The notes under the pieces were generated by a model. That model saw only the letters and a program-made list of their open reading frames with translations. It was not told the origin of the DNA and made no database searches. A stretch of 60,887 bases of DNA, filler included, from Barthelona sp. PAP020 (lineage: Eukaryota): the NCBI GenBank assembly GCA_040182905.1. It is 2 parts of 2 records of this genome, joined end to end, with 100 filler letters (N's around TTAATTAATTAA, not from the genome) between each part and the next. Parts side by side here need not be neighbours in the genome. Positions count along the whole stretch, not along the records: positions 1 to 30,425 come from JARQWU010000113.1; 1 more part is not named here. One strand, given 5' to 3'. The number at the start of each line of letters is the position of its first letter. The first letter of the stretch is position 1. The position numbers and the translations under genes are program-made. Below, one piece after another: positions 1 through 11,100 of the stretch.

Positions 1-5
1 AAAAT

Positions 6-87
6 TGCAAGCGGTGGGACTTGAACCCACGAACCTCTAGGGACTGGGACTTGAATCCAGCGTCGTTGACCACTTGACTACGCTTGC
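6..87 (-). tRNA. tRNA-Leu(CAA), no intron
   Basis: Reverse complement folds as GCAAGCG acceptor / GTC-AAGTGGTCAAC-GAC D arm / CTGGA-TT-CAA-GT-CCCAG anticodon arm / long variable arm / GTGGG-TTCAAGT-CCCAC T arm / CGCTTGC-A. It is followed by a T-run at the window edge. Confidence 0.93.
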
Positions 88-235
88 CCATTTTTATTTG
101 TTATTGTTAAAGAAATGTAAATAATAGAAGATTTCAAATTAGAGATTTCAATTAAACTAAAAAATTAATTTTATTTTTCTAAATGCTGTATTTAGACAAT
201 TGGCATGAAAGAAATAATTGATTAAAATTTATTAA

Positions 236-447
236 TTTATTAGATATTTATGAGGTATAAGTTGTTCAGTGAACAACGAAACGAGTTAGCTTAAGGTTTG
301 GGGAAAACTCACGTGGATTCAGATGCCCAAGAAACTGAAAAAATTGGACCTTAAGGTGGTCAAGAAACAACAAATTAAGGAAGTGATATTTGATGACCTC
401 TTTATATCCCCAATAAATTCTGTTCATTGAGCATGAACTTCGACATT
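236..447. repeat. Dispersed non-coding repeat, copy 1 (167-bp module A plus ~43-bp module B)
   Basis: Near-identical to 29729-29895 and 29896-30151. Shared strings include gttgttcagtgaacaacgaaacgagttagc, taaggtggtcaagaaacaa and ggaagtgatatttgatgacctcttt. Confidence 0.95.
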
Positions 448-1250
448 AGTAACACCTAAAAATAATAACAATTAATTGATAGTTTATTCAATAATAAATT
501 ACCTTGTTTATTATTATAATTTCCCCTAATGTCCATAAGCATGAAAGTTATGTACTTTAAAAAATAGAATACTAAAACTAATAATAATAGATTGATCTTG
601 CTTCTATTCATTTTGATAAACAATATTCAGCAAATTCAAGGTCAAAAATTGTCATCGTGAAGATAATTGAAGCCTCAATTCTACAAAGCATTAAAATAAT
701 TTATAGTTGTGTTTCTAACCAGCAAAATTGCGAAATAAATGGAAAAAGAAATTCAATGAATAACAAAGAAGAAACAATAAGTGGACTCTTTGACGTTAAA
801 CAAAATCAACACTGATTCAATTTTGAATTTTCCTGATTATAAGATTTTGTGCAGTCAAGATTCACACGACAATTCACACGACAATAATAATAAATGCTTA
901 TAAAGACCTTTATTGTTCTCGGTTAGAGTTTGAAGGCACTTACAAATGAATCGTTTTGCGTGGATGGTTCAGAACACTCTTAAAAAAAAAGAAAAGAAAT
1001 GGTTCCAGTTTAGATGGAGCGGGTATTTAAAAAAAATGCAATACTTTCCTTCAGCCCCTTGATTCACTTTAAGTTCTCTTTATAGGACTATGATATTCCA
1101 TGTTGACCTAAACACATCCACATTGTCTTTTGTGTGAGATTTATTTGTTTTATTATGCAAGAAACTAAATTTCTTTTGCTCTTCAAAAAATTGAAATGTT
1201 TTTGAAAATTTTGACATAAAATCAAACAACTTTTGAAAAAATTTTAAGTT

Positions 1251-1658
1251 TCATTCATCATTATATTTTTTGTAAAAAAACATCTGAGAAACTTCATTGA
1301 TCTTCAAATCATGAGCAGTAGGGAGAGAATCAGGATTGGGTTTTCGTTTGGTTGAATAAACGGCAAAATGATCAGTAATATAGTTATGAGAATGTAAACC
1401 AGGAGTCAATCTACATTGATTGAATAGAAGCAACCAGACTAACAAAAAGAAAAAAAGCCATATGGAAGCAGGTATTCCTAATGCCCAATAGTTATAAGGT
1501 AAATATTTAATTTTGTAAGTTTCATTAAAAAGGGAATGTGGAACAAACATCCATAAAAATATCATTCCAAAAACAAAGAAGGATAAAACCCAAATTACAA
1601 ATCCAAAAATCGCACGAGAAGCAGATCCTCTATTATTAATTTCACTTTCTTCCGACAT
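1251..1658 (-). CDS. PIGP: PIG-P / Gpi19, GPI-GlcNAc transferase subunit
   Basis: 135 aa with two hydrophobic helices; AIFGFVIW..LWMFVP..YLP..YWALGIP pattern typical of the PIG-P family. Confidence 0.85.
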   Translation of the reverse strand: MSEESEINNRGSASRAIFGFVIWVLSFFVFGMIFLWMFVPHSLFNETYKIKYLPYNYWALGIPASIWLFFFLLVWLLLFNQCRLTPGLHSHNYITDHFAVYSTKRKPNPDSLPTAHDLKINEVSQMFFYKKYNDE

Positions 1659-1803
1659 TTCGAAAAAGAAATTGTTTCAAGAATTTTCATTTGAATTGTA
1701 ACCAACATTGGCATGAAAAGTATTTATTGTAATTTTTATATGACTAATATTATATTATTAATTGATTTGATAAAAATAAAAAAATAATTTGTTGTTTTTG
1801 GAG

Positions 1804-2283
1804 ATGACTGATGGCTGGTCATTTGAAGAATTTAAAAAGAAATATTCGAAAGATCTGATTAATAATTGTTTGGAAGTCATTGGAAAAGATGCTGATACTT
1901 TTATTCAAAAATTTCCAAAATCAGTTCAACAACATGCTTCAAATGATGATACATTTCGAAAAATTATGGATAATTCTAGAAAGCAATTGTTAAAAAATAT
2001 AAAGCATAATTTGGAATTGGGTATTGAAAATGTTGTGATTGAAAATGAATTAAATCAAAAATTTTCAGAATTAATTGATATTTTAACCTTTATTAACGAA
2101 GAAGATATCGATGTTGACCATGATATTGTTAAATTTATGGAAAAAGAAAAGGATCTACAAATGCTTGAGTATTTATCTCTCAAAAAAGAATTTGGTTCAT
2201 TGGAAGAAGAGTTTGAAAGTTTAAATAATCAAATAACAGAAGTGATGAATGAAATTGACATTCTAGTTGAAGAAAAGTTTTGA
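1804..2283 (+). CDS. Small coiled-coil protein, possibly Nnf1/PMF1-like (Mis12 complex)
   Basis: ORF with first ATG at 1804; helical body and C-terminal coiled coil. The Nnf1 resemblance is by eye only. Confidence 0.55.
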   Translation: MTDGWSFEEFKKKYSKDLINNCLEVIGKDADTFIQKFPKSVQQHASNDDTFRKIMDNSRKQLLKNIKHNLELGIENVVIENELNQKFSELIDILTFINEEDIDVDHDIVKFMEKEKDLQMLEYLSLKKEFGSLEEEFESLNNQITEVMNEIDILVEEKF

Positions 2284-2555
2284 TGATTGTTTACCTGCAA
2301 AATCAAAATTTTCCATTTTTGATTTTGTTATTGTAAAATGCATGTTTTTTTTTTTAAATTTTGAATGAATATTAAGTGTTGGGCGGTTTGAACCAAGATT
2401 TGTCATCCAAAAATAAAAACAAAAAGAATACAAATAATATTTATTGACAATTAACTCCAAAATTTACAAAAACACTTGATTGAAACATCATGTGTTGTAC
2501 ACGTGTGTGTTGATGAAATATACAAAGCAAAACATTCTGGAAAACAACAGAAAAA

Positions 2556-4628
2556 CTAGGCCTTCCATTTGACACGTTTATCGGACATATTTGACATATT
2601 TGAATCTTTTTTATGTGTTGAAACGAGAGTATTTCGCCTTTTCCCAACGTTTTCCTTTATAATTATGGGAGTATCAAGAGTATCAAGAGTTTCTTTTTTC
2701 ATTCTTCGAACACGAGTTCTTGGTTTCTCTCTTGTTTCATTTACACAAGCATCTTCTAATACATTCAACGTAGTTACCTTTTTCGTGCTTAAATTGTCAT
2801 TAGTCTTGTCTTGACTCTTTTTTTTTGTTTTGACTTCAGTTCTAAAAGTTCCAACACTTTTGACACTGTCAATACTCGAAGCACTGGTAATAGATGGAGT
2901 GTTGATGTCATGTTGATAATTTTTTCTAGATCTGATCTGATGAGTAGTGGTTTGAAACTCAGGTGTGTGTGAGATAGTTCGCAAGGCAATACCAAGTTGT
3001 TTGGGTGTTATTTTTTGTTGAGGAGTATCCTTAAACCGATTTACCATGTCTTTTACCAATTTTTTTGCCCATTTTGGGGGTTCTTTCAAATCAACCTCCA
3101 TTTGAGAATCTTGTTGTATGGATGAATAGGATGGATGACTTTGATTTTGTTGTTCATGTGGAGGCAACGGCAATGCGAATGGAAGGGCTTGTTGAGTTCT
3201 GTGTTCTTGAAAAACGTTTATCCAATTTGCAGCACGCAAAGTGTCATGTAACTGTTGTTCAAAGTTTCGTGATAATTGAAGGGGTTCAGTAGATCTGAAG
3301 TGGTTCTGTACATTTGAACTGGTGTCTTTTACGCTTTCATTATCAGAAACATTCAAAGCTATAGTTTCTTTGCTGTAATTGGGGGTTGTTTGTATTTGAC
3401 TTTTTGTGTAATCCATGGTATCTTCAATTGAGAATTCTTTTATTTTCTTCTGGGCAAGAGGACTCGTGACTGTTGTAAAACTACTGAAAGAATCAACGGA
3501 TACATTTGAAGCTCTGTGAACAAAATTTATACTACCTTTAGCATCTGATGTTGGGGATGCTACAGGGGTTTGAACACGAGGTGCTGGATTGGGTAAGTTA
3601 TTTAAAATGATTTGAGATTCCGAATCGGAAAGTACAACTGTCTCAAAACTATCTTTCTTTGGGGGTAATAGAATTTGAGATGGCTGATCATTTGGCGGTA
3701 ATTCGGGAGCAATATTTAAAACTCGAAGAAATTGACCCGCCAACATCACAAACCGAGATATAATCTGAAGAGACAAAGAATTCTTGATTCTCATGTTCAA
3801 TCTCTTTTGTAACTGATCATCAAGGAAAGCAGCACACTCTGCATTTGAGCTTCCAATCACATGAGCTAATAGGATAGGGCATTCGACAACATAAAAACTA
3901 AAGTTCTTATCATTCACATCCAACACATTCCTTGCTGCTATATCCCAAAGACGTGGTAAAGAATGAAGTAATAACTGAGATTGGGGATTCGGTGCCACAA
4001 TTTCTGTCAAAGAGAGTAACCTATCCCTAGTCTCCAATAAGCTCTTGTATTTCATCTTGTTATCGATGAAGAACTGAATAAAGGCAGTTTTACACAAAAC
4101 TCCTTCGAAAGCTCGCATTGAGTTGAATAGTTGCCTCGTTTGCAACAATAAATTTTCAGCGTTGTAAACTCTGTCGAAATCTAATAAGGAAATAGTCAAA
4201 AAGAACAAATCAACCACAGTTAAATATCCACACTCTTGAATATCTAACAGTTTAAAAATTTCTTCGATTAATGAAAAAATTTCTTGAGAAGTTCTATCAT
4301 TTGAAGAGGGAATAGTACGAACAAATGTTTGACTTCTTTCCTTGAATAATATTTCAATAAAAGATTCCAAGGTTAATTCATCATAATCAGTTAAAAAATC
4401 ATGAAAATCTTTGTAAGGTAAAACTTCATCATTTTGTGTTGATAAAGATGTCATCCAAATAGAATATAATTGAGAAAATTCATCAGAAGAAACAACTCCA
4501 TCCAATTTCCATTGTATTACACTTAAAAAATTCATCACATCTTTTGAATTTGCAAAGGGAACACCAGCAATGATTAACTCATAATATATGGAATATGTTA
4601 AATTTAACCATCGTATACTCGATTCCAT
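2556..4628 (-). CDS. Hypothetical protein with N-terminal EF-hand-like motif and long S/Q/K-rich disordered tail
   Basis: 690-aa ORF; IFKLLDIQECGYLTVVDL resembles an EF-hand loop. Confidence 0.7.
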   Translation of the reverse strand: MESSIRWLNLTYSIYYELIIAGVPFANSKDVMNFLSVIQWKLDGVVSSDEFSQLYSIWMTSLSTQNDEVLPYKDFHDFLTDYDELTLESFIEILFKERSQTFVRTIPSSNDRTSQEIFSLIEEIFKLLDIQECGYLTVVDLFFLTISLLDFDRVYNAENLLLQTRQLFNSMRAFEGVLCKTAFIQFFIDNKMKYKSLLETRDRLLSLTEIVAPNPQSQLLLHSLPRLWDIAARNVLDVNDKNFSFYVVECPILLAHVIGSSNAECAAFLDDQLQKRLNMRIKNSLSLQIISRFVMLAGQFLRVLNIAPELPPNDQPSQILLPPKKDSFETVVLSDSESQIILNNLPNPAPRVQTPVASPTSDAKGSINFVHRASNVSVDSFSSFTTVTSPLAQKKIKEFSIEDTMDYTKSQIQTTPNYSKETIALNVSDNESVKDTSSNVQNHFRSTEPLQLSRNFEQQLHDTLRAANWINVFQEHRTQQALPFALPLPPHEQQNQSHPSYSSIQQDSQMEVDLKEPPKWAKKLVKDMVNRFKDTPQQKITPKQLGIALRTISHTPEFQTTTHQIRSRKNYQHDINTPSITSASSIDSVKSVGTFRTEVKTKKKSQDKTNDNLSTKKVTTLNVLEDACVNETREKPRTRVRRMKKETLDTLDTPIIIKENVGKRRNTLVSTHKKDSNMSNMSDKRVKWKA

Positions 4629-4879
4629 AAATATTTCAATTTCTTAATAATCAAAATAAAAATATGTAATTGAATTTTACATTCAATGTTAATGTTTTTT
4701 TTTGTCAAATGATAATTGATTACCAATGATATCTTTACAATCAAATAATAAATGAAAAAAATTATTTGTAATTTCTTTTTGATTGTTGAAATATTTTTTG
4801 ATCTTTTCCAATTGAAAACTACTATTTGAATATTTTGATTTGAATTATTACATTTAAAAGAACGAAAAGTAACAAATAT

Positions 4880-6625
4880 ATGAAGACATTTCAATTTTCT
4901 GAACATTTTAGATATTCAATAATACCAAGATATTCGAAATATTATATTGATTATTATTATTTTATTGAACAATTGATTGATGGTAATGTTCCAAGAACTG
5001 AAGATTTTTTTTCGCACTTGGAAAAAGAGATTTTTAGATGTAGCAATTTCGTTGGAATAGAATTGATTGAAATAAAACGTAAATTATCAGCTTTATCCCT
5101 CAGAAGTAACTATTCACATTTTAATGATTTTGATTCTAACGATCAATTAATCTTATTAGCTTCATCTTCTTCGAATAATGATTTGAAAGAAGAATTTTTT
5201 GAATTGTATTTTATGCTTCGAGAGTTGATAGCTTTCGTACAGTTGAATAGAGATTGTGTTAAGGATATATATAAGAACATTCAAAAGAACTTATTTTTTG
5301 AAAATATTCCCGGATATAAAACGATTGTTTTGGGATTAAAGGAGAAATTAAATGATGTTGAATTGACTGAAACCCATTTAGAAGATGTTTTTTCTGCTAC
5401 TTATTCAAAAGGTTCCAAAAATGTGGCATTACATGAATTAATGTATAATTCTATGCATTATACCACTGATTCTTCCTCTTTTAAGCTTGGTTTTTTCTTA
5501 GGTTTGTTTGTGCCTTTGTTATTAGTTGATGTGTTATTGAACGTTGACCTTCCACCTATGGAAGAGACTCCTGGTTTCTTGTTTACCTTTCCTCTCTTTC
5601 GTTTGATGATCGCAAGTTGTGTGTTACTATGGCTATGGGGTCTGTGTCTGGTTGTATTTCGAAGGACAAAACTCAACTATGTCGTCATATTAGGTTTGAA
5701 AGGGAGAATCACAATAAGACACACACAGGTTTTCAAAATAGCTGCCTTGTTATCAGTTATCGCTTCCACTTGCTATTGGATTTACTTACAGGGACTTTCA
5801 TTTGAGTTTGGAATTCACCATTCTTTATTGCCTCGATGGATCAGTTACCATTACATTCCATTGACTGGTGCCCTTTGTTTTTTGGGAATTTTGGTAATTC
5901 CGATGCATGTTTTTCATTTCACCTCTAGATTTGTGCTATTAAAGAGTTTGAAGAGATGTATTTTGAGCCCTTTTTGTGAGGTTCAATTTATGGACAGCTT
6001 CATTGCTGATATCATGACTTCCTTTTCAAAAGTTCTCATTGACATATTATTCTTGTTTTGCTATCTGTTTAGTGGAGGAATTGTTATTGATGCGCAATTA
6101 TCATCTTCCTTAGAAGGGTTTTATTCTTTTTTTTCCAATATAGTTGTCATGTTGCCATACTTTTGGCGATTTTTTCAGTGTTGTCGAGCATATCATGATA
6201 CCAAAGAGATAAGCAATGTTTTCAATTGTTTAAAGTACTTTTTGTCTTTGTTGTCATTATCGTTAGCGAGTATTCATCGTGATTTTCCCCAAATTGCGTT
6301 TTTTGAAGAATTTTGGTTATTTATTACTGTTTTAGCTTCTATTTACAGTTATTTTTGGGACCTTAAGATGGATTGGGGGCTATTAACAGATGAAGGGCCA
6401 TTATTATTGCGTAAGAACCTATTTTTTAAGACAAATTTTGTGTATTATTTTGCTATTGTTTTTGATGGGTTTGGAAGATTTTTCTGGATATTTTCCATTT
6501 ATCCTCGAGTTTTAGGATTTAATAATCAGTATATAATAGTTCTTTTGCTTTTAATTGAATTATTGAGGAGAATGATTTGGGCTATCTTTAGAATTGAACA
6601 TGCTTGTGTTAAGTTGTTCACTTAA
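4880..6625 (+). CDS. SPX-EXS phosphate exporter (XPR1/SYG1/PHO1 family)
   Basis: SPX-like start (F..H....IP.Y..YYIDY). EXS motifs: FIADIMTS, LPYFWRFFQC.R.Y, YSYFWDLKMDWGL, ELLRRMIWAIFRIEH. Confidence 0.92.
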   Translation: MKTFQFSEHFRYSIIPRYSKYYIDYYYFIEQLIDGNVPRTEDFFSHLEKEIFRCSNFVGIELIEIKRKLSALSLRSNYSHFNDFDSNDQLILLASSSSNNDLKEEFFELYFMLRELIAFVQLNRDCVKDIYKNIQKNLFFENIPGYKTIVLGLKEKLNDVELTETHLEDVFSATYSKGSKNVALHELMYNSMHYTTDSSSFKLGFFLGLFVPLLLVDVLLNVDLPPMEETPGFLFTFPLFRLMIASCVLLWLWGLCLVVFRRTKLNYVVILGLKGRITIRHTQVFKIAALLSVIASTCYWIYLQGLSFEFGIHHSLLPRWISYHYIPLTGALCFLGILVIPMHVFHFTSRFVLLKSLKRCILSPFCEVQFMDSFIADIMTSFSKVLIDILFLFCYLFSGGIVIDAQLSSSLEGFYSFFSNIVVMLPYFWRFFQCCRAYHDTKEISNVFNCLKYFLSLLSLSLASIHRDFPQIAFFEEFWLFITVLASIYSYFWDLKMDWGLLTDEGPLLLRKNLFFKTNFVYYFAIVFDGFGRFFWIFSIYPRVLGFNNQYIIVLLLLIELLRRMIWAIFRIEHACVKLFT

Positions 6626-7177
6626 TCTATAAGTACACAGATAATTGGGTTTTTACACCAATACCAATACATTCCACCTCAATTGCCTCTGGCCCACTGT
6701 ATCAAGGTTAAAGATTTTGTCTTCTATTTTTTGCAAAAATTATTTGTTGATATGTGTGTACTATTACTATGCCATTTTATATAAATTGATCATATATGTT
6801 TTTACTTTTTGATAAGTTTTGGAAACTTTAGGAAATTTCATTGAACCCATCCAATTTGAGACCTTGATCCCATTGTAGCGGATTCTACTTTCCAAAACTT
6901 ATGCATTTTGAGATACCTACATTACCTCCTCAAATTAATGTATCATGTGTTGTTGTTTAGGAGAAAATTTGTTCATTTGTCAATGACGTTCAATGCCCCA
7001 TGCAAACAGGGGATTGAACGTTTGCAGGCTTGAGTAAAAGTGGCTCTTTGGTTTTTGATCGAGTTTTTTAATTTTCATAAAAACACTCATCGAAAAAGCA
7101 ACAATATATTGAGAAATAAAGATCATGAACTGTTTTATAGCTTTAAAAAGAAAAATCTGACGTGTAGAATTTTATTT

Positions 7178-8077
7178 TTATATTTGTAAAACATGCACTG
7201 ATTGATCATCACCTACCAATAACAACTCATCAGAAACTGCATTGACATCGATATTTGAAAGACTGGTGAAATACTTGAATATGATTTCAGCTTTAACATT
7301 ATCACTAACCAGATCCGTCAGTTGAACAACACCTTCTGATGCTGTAGCAAGAAAAATGGCATCTCTTAGTCTAGACATTTTTGTAATGCACGAATTTCCT
7401 TCAAATATCGTGACTTTGGATTCCAAATTTAGAATGTCAAATAGAAACACTTTCCCAAAGTTTGTGGCTGCCAAAAACTTTGTAACATCAATGCAAATAA
7501 TGTCTGTTATTATATCAGACAATAAACTTACCCTGTGAATCAATTCTTGAGCCTCTATATCATATATTTCAATCATACCACTTACCGTACCACAAACAAA
7601 AATAGACTTGCTTAAAAACTCTATGCAAGTGTAGGAAAAACATGAAATATTCTCAAAAACAACTTCCTCGTTGTTTAAATCAATAACAACTACATGACCA
7701 TCAAAACTATCGGCAATTACAATGTTATCAATGGAAGAAATCTTCATTCGTCCATACTTGAGGTCAACATGAATGTTTTCATTCAATATCATGTCACCAT
7801 TTGTTTGTAATTTATAATATTTTAAATATTTATCTGTGGTGATCAAAATTTTTCCGTCTTGGGCAATAACAATATCATAAATAATATTCTCATGGAAATC
7901 TATTTCTTTTAAAATATTAAATCCGATACTTGATCGATCAAATGTGTTCAATTGCACAATATTATTCTCTTTTTCACCACTTCCCAAAATAAATCCTGGT
8001 GCCATCGAAAAATGTTCTGGTAACCATTTCCCAACGATGCATCTTTTGGATAGATATTCAGTTTTTCTATTTTCCAT
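7178..8077 (-). CDS. NUP43: WD40 protein, nucleoporin Nup43-like
   Basis: N-terminus (YLSKRCIVGKWLP..FILGSGEKENNIVQL) and C-terminus (SNIDV..LLLVGDDQSVHV) follow the Nup43 pattern; beta-propeller-like composition. Confidence 0.6.
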   Translation of the reverse strand: MENRKTEYLSKRCIVGKWLPEHFSMAPGFILGSGEKENNIVQLNTFDRSSIGFNILKEIDFHENIIYDIVIAQDGKILITTDKYLKYYKLQTNGDMILNENIHVDLKYGRMKISSIDNIVIADSFDGHVVVIDLNNEEVVFENISCFSYTCIEFLSKSIFVCGTVSGMIEIYDIEAQELIHRVSLLSDIITDIICIDVTKFLAATNFGKVFLFDILNLESKVTIFEGNSCITKMSRLRDAIFLATASEGVVQLTDLVSDNVKAEIIFKYFTSLSNIDVNAVSDELLLVGDDQSVHVLQI

Positions 8078-8135
8078 CAATCAAAATGCAACACCAAAAA
8101 ATGAAAAAAAAAAAATTCTTCAATTTACAACCAGC

Positions 8136-11100
8136 TTAAAAAAGTCCAAATAACCTCTTTTTGGAAGGTCTTGTTATAGGTTGATCCACATATACCTTAA
8201 CTTTTGATAATCCTTCAAATAAAGCGACATTTGACGCTGTTACAGCTATCAATAATCCTAACTCCAATGCAGCAGCTTCAATAAGCTCTGAATCATTATC
8301 AGAGTCAACTAAGGAAAAGACTAAACGTTTGGAATCTTCCAAAGGAGTCCTCAAAACAATTTCGGTTGCGTAATTATTGTTATCTGCCAATGGACCAATA
8401 ATGACTGAATGAATATCCTTTAAAGAAATTCTTTGGCTCTCAGAAAAGTCTGGTGGTGGTCTAAATATAATAAAATCTGATGTGTTTAATTCTACACTCA
8501 ATAAACGCACTCTACCAGCATCGAAACTTCCTCTCAATTTGGATAATGCAAGAATCCTCACACTGTTGACAATATTGCCTTTTGGTACTAACTCAAGTGT
8601 TTCCAATGTGGGCAAAGCGGAAGAACGATGAAAAAGAACTTGTGAAAAAAGATTATTCAACCACTTTACGTTGCCATTTTGAACTTGTGATAACTTAATG
8701 GAAGTTCTGAGAACATCCAATCTGGCCTTATTATCTCCAACACTCGAAAGGTTCTCTTCTCTCCATTGCTTTATTATGGTTGAAATCTCAAAACTACTTG
8801 GAATGTGTAAAGCTTCTGAAAATGGACACAATATTTTCAGCATCTTCAACGACTCATTGATATAACAATCTCCTGGCAATGGGGCACACTCAATAAAAAT
8901 GCTTCGAGGAATTTTTTGATTATCTTTGGAAGCGTTGGTATTAGTGTTGCTACTGATATTCATGCCTTCTCTGACAGCATCTAATATGTTGCTATTTGAA
9001 ATGAATGCAAGATTCAATCGTTGATATTTCAGATGGAGTGGTTCAGAAATTGCATCAAAGCTTGTCCAATTCACTTCTACAACAATGTTGTGTTCATCCG
9101 CCAAATTTAACAAAAAGTCCATATCATTTGAAGTGCCAGCTGTGGGGACAAAAGTAGCCAATGATGCTCTTAAAGCAGGAATTTTTTCAGATTCTACGAT
9201 ATTCTTGATCCTTTGTACACCGAACAATGTTTCATCGAAAGTTCTTCTCAAATCATCAGTGTGCAATTTATTCACAACTCTCAAATCACCATTGGCACCA
9301 GTTCGCAAGCTAATATTTGTCAAATTTACAGATTGCCTCAACATATGGTCCATGTCAAGACTTTGATTCCTCAGTTCGATCATATTCTTTTCATGAGGTT
9401 TGTAGATAATAATGTCGTCCAAAACATACTTAGAAGTGTGACCATCAAACCTAAATTGACACGTTGGCAAATACTTACCATCTGAAGTTTGCTTCACAAG
9501 GTTAGTATTTTGTTCCTCATCAATAATGGTGATATTTATTCTTTGAAATGATTGTAAGAGGATGCCTCTGATTATTTCAGCAGATAAACCATTCATATTC
9601 TTAAATGTTTCTATTGTTTTGAACAACCTTCCTAAACAATAATCAGAACTCAATAATTCAAGGATAATAAGTCTGTCTGTATCAGATTCAATGCTAAACA
9701 ATGAACTCCAGTCAATCACAATGTCAAAATCAATGACATCGTAGTTATTTTGAATTTTTAGCATCTCAAATTGTTCAACAGTCGACTCTAAACCAAGTAT
9801 TGAATTGATTTTTTGCTTGAGTTTGGGAACATACTTGGTTTCAATGTTGTTGATAATATCTTTCTCAACAAACAATAACTGTGCTATAAATATTTGTTCA
9901 AAAGTTGTTCGAAAGCCTTCCATTTGAACATTCTTTCCAATTTGAATTTTCAAAGTCTCTCCAATTTCACGATTCTCTTTCAATCGTTTGAAATAGGCTC
10001 TTCTAAAGCTTTGATACTCTCTTAATTCAATTTCATCAGTCATAACTTTTTGATAATTGCTAAAATACTGCATTGGCAAATCAACCTTTGACAAACTAGT
10101 ATTCTTTATAACTTTTGGAGTAGATTGAACAATATTTGTTGAATCAATATTGATAGAATCACCATTGATCAATTCAATAACAATATCTTTCTTTGTACTG
10201 AATTCTTTTCGACAAACCACATTATTTTCACAAAGATTTTGTAAAGATTTGGAAATAACACCCAATATTGAATTATCAATTGGATTGTTTGATGAATTAT
10301 CATCATATACTGAATCAACATCAACAGAAAGATTTCCAACAAATTTTTCAATGACTGAAACATCAAACACATCATTTTCAGCATATATTAATACAGGAGT
10401 TTGATTATCCATTAAATTTCTTAAATTCAGATAAAAATGATTGGCAATTATCTGTGAGTTTCTATTTTCACAGGTTTTAATGATTTTATGCTTTAATTCA
10501 TATTCTGGGATATTAATATTACCATTTTCATCAATATAAATGTTCAAATCAATGATTAAGATTGGAGAATTCTTTTCAATTGAAAATTCGGTTGATATCT
10601 CAAAACTACAATTTGACAATACATTTGCAGAGAAATAATTGCCATTTTTTTGAGGAATATCAAAGTTAAACAAGATATTTAACTTGTGAATCAATTTCAA
10701 CAAATGATTATAATCAGTTTCTAATTGATTATTGAACAATTTTAAAAAATATCCGAGAACAAACTCACTGTCAAGCATTTCAATCAATTTGAGTCTAGTA
10801 CGAATGTCTGATATTGCGAGAATCGAATTTAAATCAATGTTTACATCAACACTTGATAAAAAACCTTGATATCTACGATGCATTTCTGTTATACACATAT
10901 AATCCTCAATCATAAAATAATCGTCCAATAACCCTTCCAAATCATCCAATTCCCATGTCTTATTACAACTCAATCGATCAATCAAGCATAATTGTCCGTT
11001 ATCTTCTTTTATTAACTCACACTTGGGTTTTTGAGAATCAAATATCACTTTGACAGTTTTGATATTCTCCTTTATTTTTTGTTTAATTATATCGTCTCTA

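Noticed and set aside
860..885. 12-bp direct duplication ATTCACACGACA x2
   Set aside because: Isolated; simple slippage explains it and no element is attached.
6983..7025. SECIS element (ATGA, helix, AAA-containing loop)
   Set aside because: The 3' side lacks the GA of the kink-turn quartet, and neither flanking gene has an evident in-frame TGA.
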